A stretch of 64,000 bases of DNA. Origin: Eledone cirrhosa (Eukaryota). Shown piece after piece: positions 13,032 to 25,700 of this stretch; within the stretch, counting starts at the first letter, position 1; each line of letters begins with the position of its first letter. A program made the translations under genes and the position numbers. The notes under the pieces were generated by a model. That model was not told the origin of the DNA, made no database searches, and saw only the letters and a program-made list of their open reading frames with translations. The stretch covers positions 17,484,001-17,548,000 of the forward strand of contig OZ024743.1 in the NCBI GenBank assembly GCA_964016885.1, in the 5' to 3' direction.

Positions 13032-14900
13032 TTTTAATATAGATGAGATTCTACAGGACTAGAACTGTTTCATTCTTTAGAAATCATCAGGAATCTGGGT
13101 ATCAAAAAATAAATAAGGGTAAAGACCCCGCACTTTACCCTGAAGGACCATAAGGGGAACTTCCTCAACAAACCATCAGTCAGACTTATCAACCCCACTC
13201 GTTCTGACATCGGCTCTATCAGTAAGAAGATCCTGGATAGAGTTCTACCATCATTGCGGGCAGCCTCACCACTTCCACTCTGGAGCAGAACATCTGAGGC
13301 AATATCATGGTTCCACAAATTACCCGACAAACACCACACTCGCTTCCTGCAACTCGACATAGAAAACTACTATGCCTCTATCTCGGAGCCCCTCCTGAAG
13401 GACGCAATTAACTTTGCCAGGAATTTTACCACCATTACCGGTGCTGAGCAAGTTGTTATCCTCAACACTCGTAAGACCTTTCTATACCACGATGGATCTT
13501 ACTGGATCAACAAGAAATCTCAGACCCCATTTGACGTTAGCATGGGGGCGAGTGACTCGGCTGAAATTAGCGACCTTGTGGGCCTGTACATCCTACATCA
13601 CCTGAAGAACCTCTTTACCGGCCTAACGGGAGGTTTATACCGAGACGACGGCCTCTTCGCCCTGCATAAGGTTAACCCCAGAACCACCGATGGGTTTCGG
13701 AAAAACTTAAGCTCTTTCTTCTCTAATCTAGGATTTAGTATAACTATAGAATCTAATTTGACTAGGGCCAACTTCTTAGATGTCACTCTCGACCTAGATA
13801 CTTCCCTCTATTACCCGTACCACAAACCTAACGAGTCCCTTAAATATATTAATGTTAATTCAAACCACCCCCAAAACATCACTGATAACCTAGTAAAAAG
13901 CGTCTCTATTAGAATATCTGACCTCTCCGCCAACAAAGATATTTTTAATGCATCTGCCTCCTACTACAATGACGCCCTCGCCCGTAGCGGATTTAAAGAT
14001 AAGATAACTTACCTAGAAACCACCGCAAGATTGCAGAGGAGGAATAGACATAGGCAGATTAGCTGGTACAACCCTCCCTTCTGTAGAGAGGTATCTACTC
14101 CGATAGCTAGGATTTTCTTCACTTTGCTGAAATTACACTTCCCCATACAACATAGGTACCACACCATCTTTAATAAGAACACAATAAGACTCTCTTACTC
14201 CACCACACCTAACCTAGCTAGGAATATAGCCAACCACAATTCTAAAAAATTAAATAAGCCAACCACCTCCGAACCCAATCCCCGGACTGGGGCTCTATGT
14301 AATTGCCTAAATAAGGAAGCATGCCCACTTGAAAACAAATGCCTCACAAATGATATCGTATACAAATGCGATGTCATCTCAGGCACCGAGGATTGCAAAA
14401 TAACTTACATCGGCATGACCTCCAATAACTTTAAGACCCGTTGGTATGCCCATACCCACTCCTTCAGAAGACCGGACAAATCAAATCAGACAACACTCGC
14501 CTCCTACGTTTGGGACCTCAAAAGGAACTCCACCCCTTTCACGCTTAAATGGAAAATACTCCAGCAAGCGCGCTCTTACAACGGAGGACACAAGGGCTGC
14601 GACCTTTGTATTTCAGAGAGCTACGAAATTTTATTCGCCAAGGGCCCGCTACTGAACAAACTCTCTGAACACTGCCCGAACTGCATGCACAAGAACTTTG
14701 CAACTTTCAAACACTTTAAGCCAGTGTTAAAGCCTGATGGCTAAAAACGACCTCCCCCTATTGGCCTCTATACCTCCTTCCCACCCTACCCCCACCCCTC
14801 CTCAACCTGAAATACGGCCACTATGGTTTTGTGAGTACCTCTTTCCTATCTACATTTTCTGCCTGTAGAGGTGTTTTTATGTGCCTGCGTATATGCGTAT
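13030..14900 (+). mobile_element. Penelope-like element 3, 5'-truncated
   Basis: Starts right after (TA)n; HFTLKDHKGNFLNKPSVRLINPTRSDIG leads in frame into the 496-aa ORF. Confidence 0.92.
13254..14744 (+). CDS. PLE reverse transcriptase + GIY-YIG endonuclease; uninterrupted but lacking its N-terminus
   Basis: [49 protein letters not shown] linker, IVYKC..YIGMT..FKTR..H, CDLC..E, LLN..C.H. Confidence 0.9.
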   Translation: MRAASPLPLWSRTSEAISWFHKLPDKHHTRFLQLDIENYYASISEPLLKDAINFARNFTTITGAEQVVILNTRKTFLYHDGSYWINKKSQTPFDVSMGASDSAEISDLVGLYILHHLKNLFTGLTGGLYRDDGLFALHKVNPRTTDGFRKNLSSFFSNLGFSITIESNLTRANFLDVTLDLDTSLYYPYHKPNESLKYINVNSNHPQNITDNLVKSVSIRISDLSANKDIFNASASYYNDALARSGFKDKITYLETTARLQRRNRHRQISWYNPPFCREVSTPIARIFFTLLKLHFPIQHRYHTIFNKNTIRLSYSTTPNLARNIANHNSKKLNKPTTSEPNPRTGALCNCLNKEACPLENKCLTNDIVYKCDVISGTEDCKITYIGMTSNNFKTRWYAHTHSFRRPDKSNQTTLASYVWDLKRNSTPFTLKWKILQQARSYNGGHKGCDLCISESYEILFAKGPLLNKLSEHCPNCMHKNFATFKHFKPVLKPDG

Positions 14901-15131
14901 ATTTATTGAGTACTTATTTATTTGTATGTGTATATATTTGTGTGTACCTGTGTATATGTATGTGTATGTATGTATATATATATTTGTATGTGTGTATATG
15001 TGTTTTATGTGTGTATATTTATGTATGTATATATATGTATATATGTATATATATGTGTATATATATGTATATATATATATGTGTATATATGTGTATGTAT
15101 GTGTATGTGTATGTATGTATATATGTATATG

Positions 15132-15182
<51 letters not shown>

Positions 15183-15256
15183 ATGTGTGTGTGTGTATAT
15201 ATATATATGTGTGTGTGTGTGCAGGTGTGTATATATATATATATATATATATATGC

Positions 15257-15341
<85 letters not shown>

Positions 15342-15491
15342 CGTGAGAAAGAGTGTGTGTATATATATTTGTGTGTGTGTGTATGTGTATGTGTGTATGC
15401 GTGTATATATATGTATATATGTGTGTATATATGCGTATATATGTTTGTATATATGTGTATATTTATGTATATGTCTGTGTATGTATGAGTA

Positions 15492-15522
<31 letters not shown>
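14900..15522. repeat. Compound (TA)n/(TG)n microsatellite
   Basis: Read directly from the sequence. Confidence 0.95.
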
Positions 15523-15978
<456 letters not shown>

Positions 15979-16012
15979 TTTACTCATATGATACTGTGCA
16001 TTGACTCTTCGA

Positions 16013-16131
<119 letters not shown>

Positions 16132-16148
16132 TTATACATATATATATA

Positions 16149-16210
<62 letters not shown>

Positions 16211-16218
16211 AATATATA

Positions 16219-16252
<34 letters not shown>

Positions 16253-16254
<2 letters not shown>

Positions 16255-16610
16255 AAGAAAAAGAGATGAAATCGAAAATGCAACTGGAGTCTTATTTTTT
16301 TTTTTAATATATATATTTATTTGGTTCCTTTACCGATTTAGCAGTTCTTCTGCTTTTCAAAAGGTGAGTTGAGATGGAGGGTATATGGTTTTTCTCAGAT
16401 GTGAGAAAAACGACAGACCCTCCATCTCAACTCATCTTTTGAAAAGCAGAAGAACTGCGAAACCGGTTAAGGAACCAAATAAATATATATATTTAAAAAA
16501 AAAAAAAAAAATAAGACTCCAGTTGCATTTTCGATTTCATGTCTTTTTCTTTATACTTTCACTCGTGTAGGACACCTCGTTTATTTTTCATTTTGTAAAA
16601 AAAAACTCAC

Positions 16611-16617
<7 letters not shown>
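16253..16617. mobile_element. Near-perfect ~300 bp palindrome of a ~145 bp PLE-like 3' end
   Basis: Centre near 16400 (ttctcagatgtgagaa). A single arm recurs at 58232-58371. Confidence 0.8.
16435..16472 (+). ncRNA. Minimal hammerhead motif with U3-A8 core variant
   Basis: UCUU-UUGAAAA-GCAG-AAGAA-CUGC-GAA-ACCGGU-U-AAGG. Confidence 0.7.
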
Positions 16618-16666
<49 letters not shown>

Positions 16667-16710
16667 TCATATGATACTCTGCATTGACTCTTCGATATAT
16701 ATGTATATAC

Positions 16711-16741
<31 letters not shown>

Positions 16742-16745
16742 TATA

Positions 16746-16864
16746 GCGACGATGAATTAGTTTAGCGAGGTTTTTTATATGAAATCGTGTGTCGAAACAA
16801 ATATTGTTATACTTGGGGAGGGTCATATTTGTGTAATATTGCCAGAATTAATAACAGAACACAC
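16746..16864 (-). mobile_element. Inverted 3' end of PLE 5
   Basis: 16801-16864 is the reverse complement of 18098-18160. Confidence 0.85.
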
Positions 16865-18160
16865 TTCATCAACCGCATGCAGTTCTCTGGCTACAACCAA
16901 AGAGACAGAGTCAGAGTATACGAAGGAGCCATGGAAAAGTATAAGGCCCTCATAGAACTGGACATGAAAGGAATTTGCCCATTATACAGGAGCAAATCAT
17001 GGAATAACTTAGATAGGGCTAGACATAAGATAGGGAAGGCCACATCATGGTACGACAACCAGAGATATCAGAGTGTCATGTTTGTGGACGCCACCCCTGG
17101 AGGGAAATTGGCTAACCAGTGATGAAAGGCCCTGAGAAAGACCCACTTAAAAATAAAGGTGGTAGAAAAGCCAGGAACCACCATAAAATCCCTGATCAGC
17201 AAAACCTACCCCTTTAAGAAAACCCACTGTTCCAATAAGAAATGTATCATATGTAAGGTGAACCCCCGGATAAACTGTAAAACTAGAAACGTAGTCTATA
17301 GCATAAGATGTACAGAGGGTACTTGCAGAAACATGACAACAACATACATAGGCGAAACAGCTCGTAGCATAGGTGAAAGGATAGACCAACACTGGGGGGA
17401 ACTAAAAGGACGAAAAAACGGTTCAGTACCATATGAACATGCTAAACAACAACATGACGGTAACATAGACAACATAGAAATTAGAATAATATCTAAACAT
17501 AGGAATGACCCAGCAGATAGGCAAATCAGAGAGGCCAGTGAAATAGAAATTAGAAGACCAAAGCTAAACAGAAAGAATGAGTGGAACAACAACAACACAC
17601 AAACAAACAACACTGACCTAAGAGAAGTATAAATAAGTAAATAAAATAAAATAAAATAAGATAAATAAATACATACACAAGCACAATAACAACAAGCACA
17701 TAAACACACACTAGTCACCCAGCAGACACAACACTATACACACTAGTCACACAGCAAACATAACACTATACACACACGCAAACGCATGCGCAAAGAAGAC
17801 AAAATAAAATAAACAAACAAGCAAATAAATAAATAAATATATAGACAGACTGAATAAAAAAAAAAAATGGCGTAGACATACAACACAACAGGAGGAAAAA
17901 ATATAACACCACTGACGATGTTGCAGATGTGCAACGAAAGATTTATGTAAATTATTTAAACTATATATATGTGTTTGTGTCTATATTGTATCTGTATTAT
18001 TTTTGACCGTCGGTCAGTCAATGGCAACATTGAGGACCGATTAAGTTAGATCGCAGATATAAAAGACAGCGAGAAGCGAAAACCAACCAAACAGTGAGTG
18101 TGTTCTGTTATTAATTCTGGCAATATTACACAAATATGACCCTCCCCAAGTATAACAATA
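16860..18160 (+). mobile_element. Penelope-like element 5 (second clade, Hydra-like), 5'-truncated: RT thumb + GIY-YIG
   Basis: FINRMQFSGY..GICPLYR, VMFVDATPGGKL, C..KCIIC..CKTRNVVYSIRC..YIGETARSIGER..QH, RQIREA..I..P.LNRKNEW. Confidence 0.88.
17908..17948 (+). ncRNA. Degenerate minimal hammerhead motif
   Basis: ctgacga-t-gttgca-gatg-tgcaac-gaaa-gattta; stems I and III are imperfect. Confidence 0.6.
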
Positions 18161-20456
18161 TATGTATATTTACTTAATTATTGGGATAGAATGAAACGAA
18201 ATTTCATTTCTCACTCTTAGTACGGCAATTATTTATATTATAATAAATGCATTATAATACATGTTCGGTAAACCGATACGTGCATATATATATATATTTG
18301 CATGTATGTATATACATACTATCGTTAGTCTGTATACATATATGTATATACGCATACATAAATACTTATTTATTTATCTATCTATAAATATGTCAGTGTG
18401 TGTAAATTGTTATGTTCAGAGGCCAAATACTGACAATTAATTTAACGAATCAAAGGATTGTCTTTTGCCTCAATGAAATAACCCAACCTCTGCGTCTACA
18501 TTTTTATATCATGGATACAACTTAGCTGAACTCCATAGATATTATTTCTGTGTTTCTATTTTTAATTATACTAAACTATCAATGCATATGTATATTAGAT
18601 ATTATCAAATTCATGTCCATGCATTTTGCTTAATGTTCACTGCCAATGTTATAATGGAGATGGCTAATATATTTCATGAGATATCTACATCTTCAGAATA
18701 TCAAATTGTATGAATTTATTGCTGTGATATAATACACATTTTCTAAAAAGTTTGATTATGTTTTCTATCCTAATTCATCATAAATTCTCTATTTTTGTGA
18801 ATCGTACCTAGTAGTACACCTTATATATACTGATCGATAGCTGTTCGGACGATGATGATGCTATAGAATTTTTATAAACTGTAATTGCACACATTCTTTT
18901 CATTCACACTCCAATTTAACAATCATGAAGTTAACTGAGATAGAGATTATAATGCTAAAATACATACACTAATTTATATCCATACACGTACCTAATAAAA
19001 TTACAGATTATCATAAATATTAAGATACTTATAAATCATGTAAATATATACATTTATTACGGACTAAATAATAGACACTTTAATATATAGTCCCCTGAGT
19101 TTTGTTCACACGTCTTCAATACAAATCTCGCCACACTGACGAACATAAAGCATCGTCTTTTGATAAACAACTATTCAATCTGCGCCAAACAATCTTCTGA
19201 AATAGCGAATAACAACATACACACAAACCTATATTCGCTCCCAGGAAAACACACACATATACGAATATTACGAAAATATTACCCACTATGCATCTACTAT
19301 CTACAAAATATTGGCATCAAATATAGGAGAGTGACCTCTCCATCACACTCTTACGAATCAAGAACTCAAAATAAGTTTATAAAAAGCAAAATACAAAGGA
19401 AAAGAAATATACGAGACAACAATTATTACTACGTTATAGACAAGGAGGAAATCATTTTTGACATTTGGGCTTGATCTGACAAGATATGTTTCAAAATTGT
19501 TCTTGTTAGGCCATCTTCAAATGTTATAGAATCGTCCAAACTTTCATATATTTGACCTATAAAGGTCTTAGTTTAATCCAAAATAACATTATCATCTTCT
19601 TTCAAGAAATTATTAATTCTTAAAGTGTTGTTTCATGTTCTTTATTTCCTTGTTAACCAGTCTCGTGTCATATTTCTTATCTTGAATGTAAATACGTCAA
19701 AATGTCTTATTTCTCGGGGTGTTTTCTGATTTAGTGGAACATTCCCTGCTGGTGTAGCAATTGTTTGGGGAAAGGGGTGAAAGTTTTATTGCAATCATTT
19801 TTAATCATGACTGACATTTGCGTTTAGGTTATTGCTCATGATACTGCCGTATATATTATGAAATTTACATAAGAAATTTACTATACGACATTTCCCAAAC
19901 AAATATTAAGGAAATCTGTTAATTCATTTCCGTCGTGGAAATGAAACATAATTTCCTGCTTGCGAAAAATTATAGTTTTATAAAGTATCGTGAAACTTTA
20001 ACGATATGAGAAAAGCGTGATGTATATTTCAATTTCCTTTGTTTTTTTTAATTATTCCTTTATTCATGTAGAAACTACGAAGATGAGAACTACGGGATTT
20101 CCCCAAAAAGTATAACGGAATTAAATCCTAAGGGTTCCAATTATATTTTCTACTGTAATATAATTAATGAACTTCGTTTTCTTTCTTTTTAGCTTTCCTT
20201 AAATGTAATTATATCATCGCAGCCGTCACCCTAAGAGGTGTACCAATTATCTTGTGTTAGTTTGACTTATTCTATTTATTCCCTAGAGGAATTATTTAAT
20301 AACTCGTGCTTAATACACATACACTGAAGAAACGTTGTCTATATTAAAAAAACGATTTATACATATATTATCTAACTTGCAAGTGACTGAGCAATGCACA
20401 GAAGCGTAAGTTTACCGTAGTTTCTTTGCGATTCAGCGTGACACCTAGCGATACAA

Positions 20457-20673
<217 letters not shown>

Positions 20674-21099
20674 GCGTATGCGTGTGTGTTTTTGTGTGTT
20701 TGCGTGGGTGTGTGTGTGTGCATTTAAGTATGTTATTTGGGTTAATTACTCGCTGTTGTAAATACACTTACCACCTGTCAAATGTATATGTTTACGCATT
20801 CCCTATTGATAGAATGGGTAGACGCGCGATGGATTTACTTTTATATAGGCAACCCCTAACAGTGGAAAAGCACAAGAGTATATTTAATGTTCTTATCTGT
20901 AATCCGAAAGAATAAATATTCTTATAATTGATACATTAACATTATTTAGGTTTTATGAAAGGTTAACTGTCAGTATCTGTATGTCAAATTCATAAAATAT
21001 TGAAACATTATTCTCGTATTCAGTAGGTAGTCACAACCTTTCAGCAGAATGATAGGAGCCACATACGCCATTTTATTCATGGATTTCCATGAATAAATT

Positions 21100-21450
21100 G
21101 GCGTATGGATTTCCATGAACAAACGATGTACGCCTAAACACATCTATTGTTTAAAGTCATTTCAAATACAATTAATAAAGAACTAGAAATACTTCCTGCA
21201 TGATTGCTTTATCTTATAGCAGGAAAATATCTAACACTCAGATAATTCAAGAATATTTTATATAATCTTAAAAAAAAACATTCAATTTACAATAATGTTT
21301 AATACCAAGGAAATATCTTTTTTTAGATATTACAATCTCATGAACCACGGGAGCATAGAAAGAATAGAAAAACACATTTTCTATGAACACATGGGCTCCA
21401 AAGTGTAAGTTCTCTCAACATCCTGTCGTCACAATCAAACCGTATTTAAC
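21100..21450 (+). pseudogene. Possible ancient PLE RT remnant
   Basis: KEISF(F)LDITIS...HIFYE resembles the PLE thumb motif LPFLD..VY.K; heavily decayed. Confidence 0.3.
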
Positions 21451-21577
21451 ATTGCTTTTATTCTAGCAAAATGAATGAGCACAATGTATGACATCCGATC
21501 AAATGTGAGCCAAAATCAAAGAACTGAAAAATATATTGATCCTTCCAAGGGCCTTCCAAATTGGCATGACCACCAAC

Positions 21578-21624
<47 letters not shown>

Positions 21625-21639
21625 GATTGGATGATCAAA

Positions 21640-22756
21640 CCGGGAATCCCATGATTGGATGATCAAACTCGTTTTGAAACACGAAAGCATCAAAAGATCA
21701 TACTCCATTACAAAAGATGCACAAAGATACAGTAATGGACTACATATTTCCGAAGTCCCATTTACTGCTGAAATGGAAAACAGAGAAAAAGCAAAGCAGG
21801 TAAAAGTAACTGCAAAGAAAGAACTGCTACAGAAACTGGCTAAGAAATGGCAAGAACAGTCTCTGTATAGAAAATACCCACAACGAGCTAACAATCCTGA
21901 TGTTGACAAAACTTTAACCCATCAGTGGTTGGCATCCTCTGGACTGAAATCGGAGACTGAAGGACTGATTATATCAGCACAAGATTAGTGCCTGCCAACA
22001 AAAAATTACCAAGCCAACATAATAAAAAATGGATGCAGCCCATTATGCCGTGTTTGTAAAAAACAACCAGAGACCATTGACCATATAATTTCAATGTGCA
22101 GTCCTATAGCTCCAACCGAATACCTAAACAGGCATGACAGAGCTGCACAATACATACATTGGATAATGTGTAAGCATTTAGACCTGCCCCCAAAAAAGAA
22201 TTGGTGGGAGCATCAACCACCTCCCATACTTGAAAAAGATCACATGTCAATCTTGTAGAACTTTAGCATCCAAACAGAACGAAAAATAGATGCAAATAGA
22301 CCTGATGTAATACTGAAGGACTTTAAAAAGAGGGTATGCCTGCTAATTGATATGTCCGTTCCAATAGACAAGAGTGTATCTATAAAAACATTTGAAAAAT
22401 TGAGCAAGTATAAGGACCTGGAGATAGAAATTTGAAAAATGTGGAAATTGATAACTAAAGCAATACCAGTGGTTGTAGGTGCTCTAGGAATGATACCTAA
22501 GGGGTCTAATGATTAGTTATCGCAAATCCCAGGAAACCCGCGTATATGAGAAATACAAAAGATAGTACTAATGAGAACTGCCCATATACTAAGGAAGATT
22601 CTGTCAATATAAGTACATGACAAGTCTAAACACCTAAAGATGCATGTGTGAGTATGTAAGTTCTTTCCTGAACATGGCGGACCTTGTTGTCTGATGAGGT
22701 CACTTGTTGTGACTTGGTGATAACTCGTCTGAACATAAAGAAAGATAAATGCAGCT

Positions 22757-22757
<1 letters not shown>
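21640..22757 (+). mobile_element. R4/Dong-type RLE non-LTR retrotransposon, family A, copy A1 (5'-truncated, with stops)
   Basis: Near-identical to 34428-35540. Has the CCHC knuckle, RHD and RPD..D RLE motifs; (TAA)n on both sides. Confidence 0.92.
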
Positions 22758-22797
<40 letters not shown>

Positions 22798-22798
<1 letters not shown>

Positions 22799-25700
22799 TT
22801 TTCTTTATTAACAACAAGGGTTTACATAAAGTAGACATTGAGGACAGTACAGGACAATACAGGGCGGTACAAATGGGCATTTCTGCGTGTAAAAATACAG
22901 AGGATGTAATAAAAAATAACAATGAAATTTTCCCCAATAGGGGGGAGACTTCCGAGGGACATTTGTGGAGAAAGCCCATTAAAAGACCACAGTGACCCTG
23001 ACCCCCAGGGCAAGTTCCCTCTCCCAGTTTTCCACTATTAATTTACAGACATATACTTAGAGTAGGCCCATTCACTCGGGCCATACTTGCTTCTCTCACA
23101 CATCTTTCAACAAAATGCTGGGTAGAGAGCACTTCCCTCTCTACCCTGATTTTCCTTTTCAAATGAAATTAGAAAAAGTTAATCAGGGCATCAACGAAGT
23201 AGTAAGTGCTCGTTTTCAGCCCTTTCAAACGTGTCCACCATACTATCTCTTTCGCCATGGCCACCAGACAGATAAAAAACTGCCTGCCCTTGCTGGCTAA
23301 GGGAAGAGGGCGGAGCAATCCTCACGATGGACTCAGCTGATAGCTGGATCCGTCCTAGACGTGACAGCAGGTGTTCGACATAAACCCACATGTCAGCAAT
23401 GCTCGGAGACTGGACGAGTGCGTGCAGGACATTTTCGTCGCCATGCGCGCATCAGGCACATGTCCGGCTGACGGCACCTCCATGCCTGTAGAGTTTATCC
23501 CGAACTGGCAAAGCTCCTCGCTAGCACTGCCAGGCCAGGGATTTCTGGAAGTTGTCCATAGGCCCCGGCCCGAAAGTCCTTCCAAAGAGATTGGTTAGTT
23601 GATTTTCGTCGACGCCTAGATTTTCTCCAAGTACGTCGTCGCTCTTCCCCTCCACTAATCCTCTATAGAACGCCGAGGTGGAGTTTCCACCGATCACATT
23701 GCCCGATCGGTCGAGGGCTGTGAGTGCCTGAAGTCATTCCAGACTCCAAGCGCTCGCTCTCGTTCTTCGCTTCACCCAAGACTGCAGCTCCGTCAAGGAG
23801 ACGAGCTGGGGAAAGAGGTGTCTAGCAAACGGTGACCACACCTGATTACCGCCGAGCAAGATGTGGAGATGTCGTAGCCTGAGCGCATGTCTTCGCATCA
23901 TCAGCCACGGCATGCCCAGCCCTCCACGTAGGTGTTGACAGCAGATGGACCGCCTGACCATCGGAGCGCGTCCCTTCCACAAAAAGCGAAAGAGCAAACG
24001 CTCCAGCGCAATCAGGCGGGGTTTAGGAAAAGATACGACGGTCAGGCGATAGTAGATGACGGTCGCGATGTACGCGTTAGCCACCTCCGCCCAACCTTTC
24101 AGGGATAGCTACCTCTCCGCCCATTTCTGGGTGAGAGAAGCCACCCTGCTCGTCACCTCGTCCCAGTTTTTGTCCGTGTGGAGGTCTGGACCGAACCAGA
24201 CCCCTAGCAATTTAACCGGTCCGTCCGTCCAGCGGCCGACGACGCTGTTGGACGGCATGGCCCTGCCTCTCCAGGTGCCGAGCTGCAGGCCCACTGACTT
24301 TTCCTGGTTAATCATTGCTCATGTCAGCGCTTCGTATTCTCTTAGTGTAGTGCCGATCGCCTCGAGCTGTTTGGCATTCGACACCACTACGGTGACATTG
24401 TCCGCATGTGCTGACACGGATCTTCCGCATCCTAGTTCGCGTGGGACCCCCTCAACGTCTCCAGTTTGTGCAGTAATGGCTTGAGAGTCAATACGTACAA
24501 GAGGGACGAGAGGGGACATCCTTGGCGGACCGAGCGCATGATGTTGAACGGTTCCGAAAGGTGACTGTTAACTCTCACCACAGAGCAGATGTCGCTGTGC
24601 ATGGCAGTGATCCAGCCTCTGAAAACGGGCCCAAAGCCAGCTGCCCTCAGGACTGCCGCTAGGTAAGGAAAGTCGACCCTATAGAAGGCTTTCGACTGAT
24701 CTAAATTTATCAAAGACCCACCCGTGCCAGGTTCCCTAGCTATCCTCTCTACGATGTATCGCATGAGGTGGAGGTTGTCGTGGATGGATCTGTCGGTAAT
24801 GGCGCATGTCTGCGCCTCTCCCACCAGACCACCAACGACAAGCGCCAACCTCTTTGCTACCACCTTGGCCAAAATCTAGAACTCTGTATTTAGCAGAGTT
24901 ATGGGCCTAAAATTATATTTTTTATCCCCCTTGTTCGGATCCTTTCTCAGCAGCGCCACTGCTCCTCGGCACACAGAGCTGGAAATTCTCCCGTTCTGTT
25001 GCCAGTTGCAGTAGACGTCCGCCAACAGGCCTTCGAACAAGTCCGGCATTTGTCCGTAAAGTTCATAGGGCAGACCATCCAAACCAGGCGATTTACCGCT
25101 TGTGCAGCCTGTCATTTCCTCCCGTACTTTAGCGGCTGTTATCGGCTTTTCGCAACACTCCGCCTCAGTGGCCGAGAGCCGCGGCAGTCCGTCGAGGTAG
25201 ACATTAAAGTCCATCCCTCTATCCGGCCCGCCGCTGCCCCCGAACGGTTGAGCGAAGTGTCGCTGAAAAGCTTCACACATTTGCTCGGGATCGAGTAGCA
25301 TGCGCCCGTCGTGGTCCACCAAAGACCGGATCGTGGCTTTGTTGCCATGACGCGCCTCCGCCACTCGGGCCCATTGAACGGCTTTCGTCCTCTCGTTTCT
25401 GAGAGCACGCACCCTAGCTCTGACAACGCGGCCTTCGTGCTTTCCATTGAAAAATTGGTCAAGGGCCAATTTCGACGGAAGTACGTCGGTCACGATGCCT
25501 TTGCAAAACGCCTCGTCTAATTTTCTAACTGATTCTCCCTCTGCTCTATTTTTCTCTATTGCTAAAGCCTTACTAAACCTAATGGACTCTATTCTAATTG
25601 CTCTTTTCAGAGCAAACCACTACTTGTTGTTGACGATGGCCCCCGTCAACGCCCGCTTAACTAATTCGCTAATCCGTTCTCTGTAGGCCTTGCGCGCTGG

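Noticed and set aside
17100-17130. In-frame TGA as selenocysteine (as in Naiad PLEs)
   Set aside because: A single TGA in a decaying copy with C-terminal EN architecture; no SECIS was recognised.
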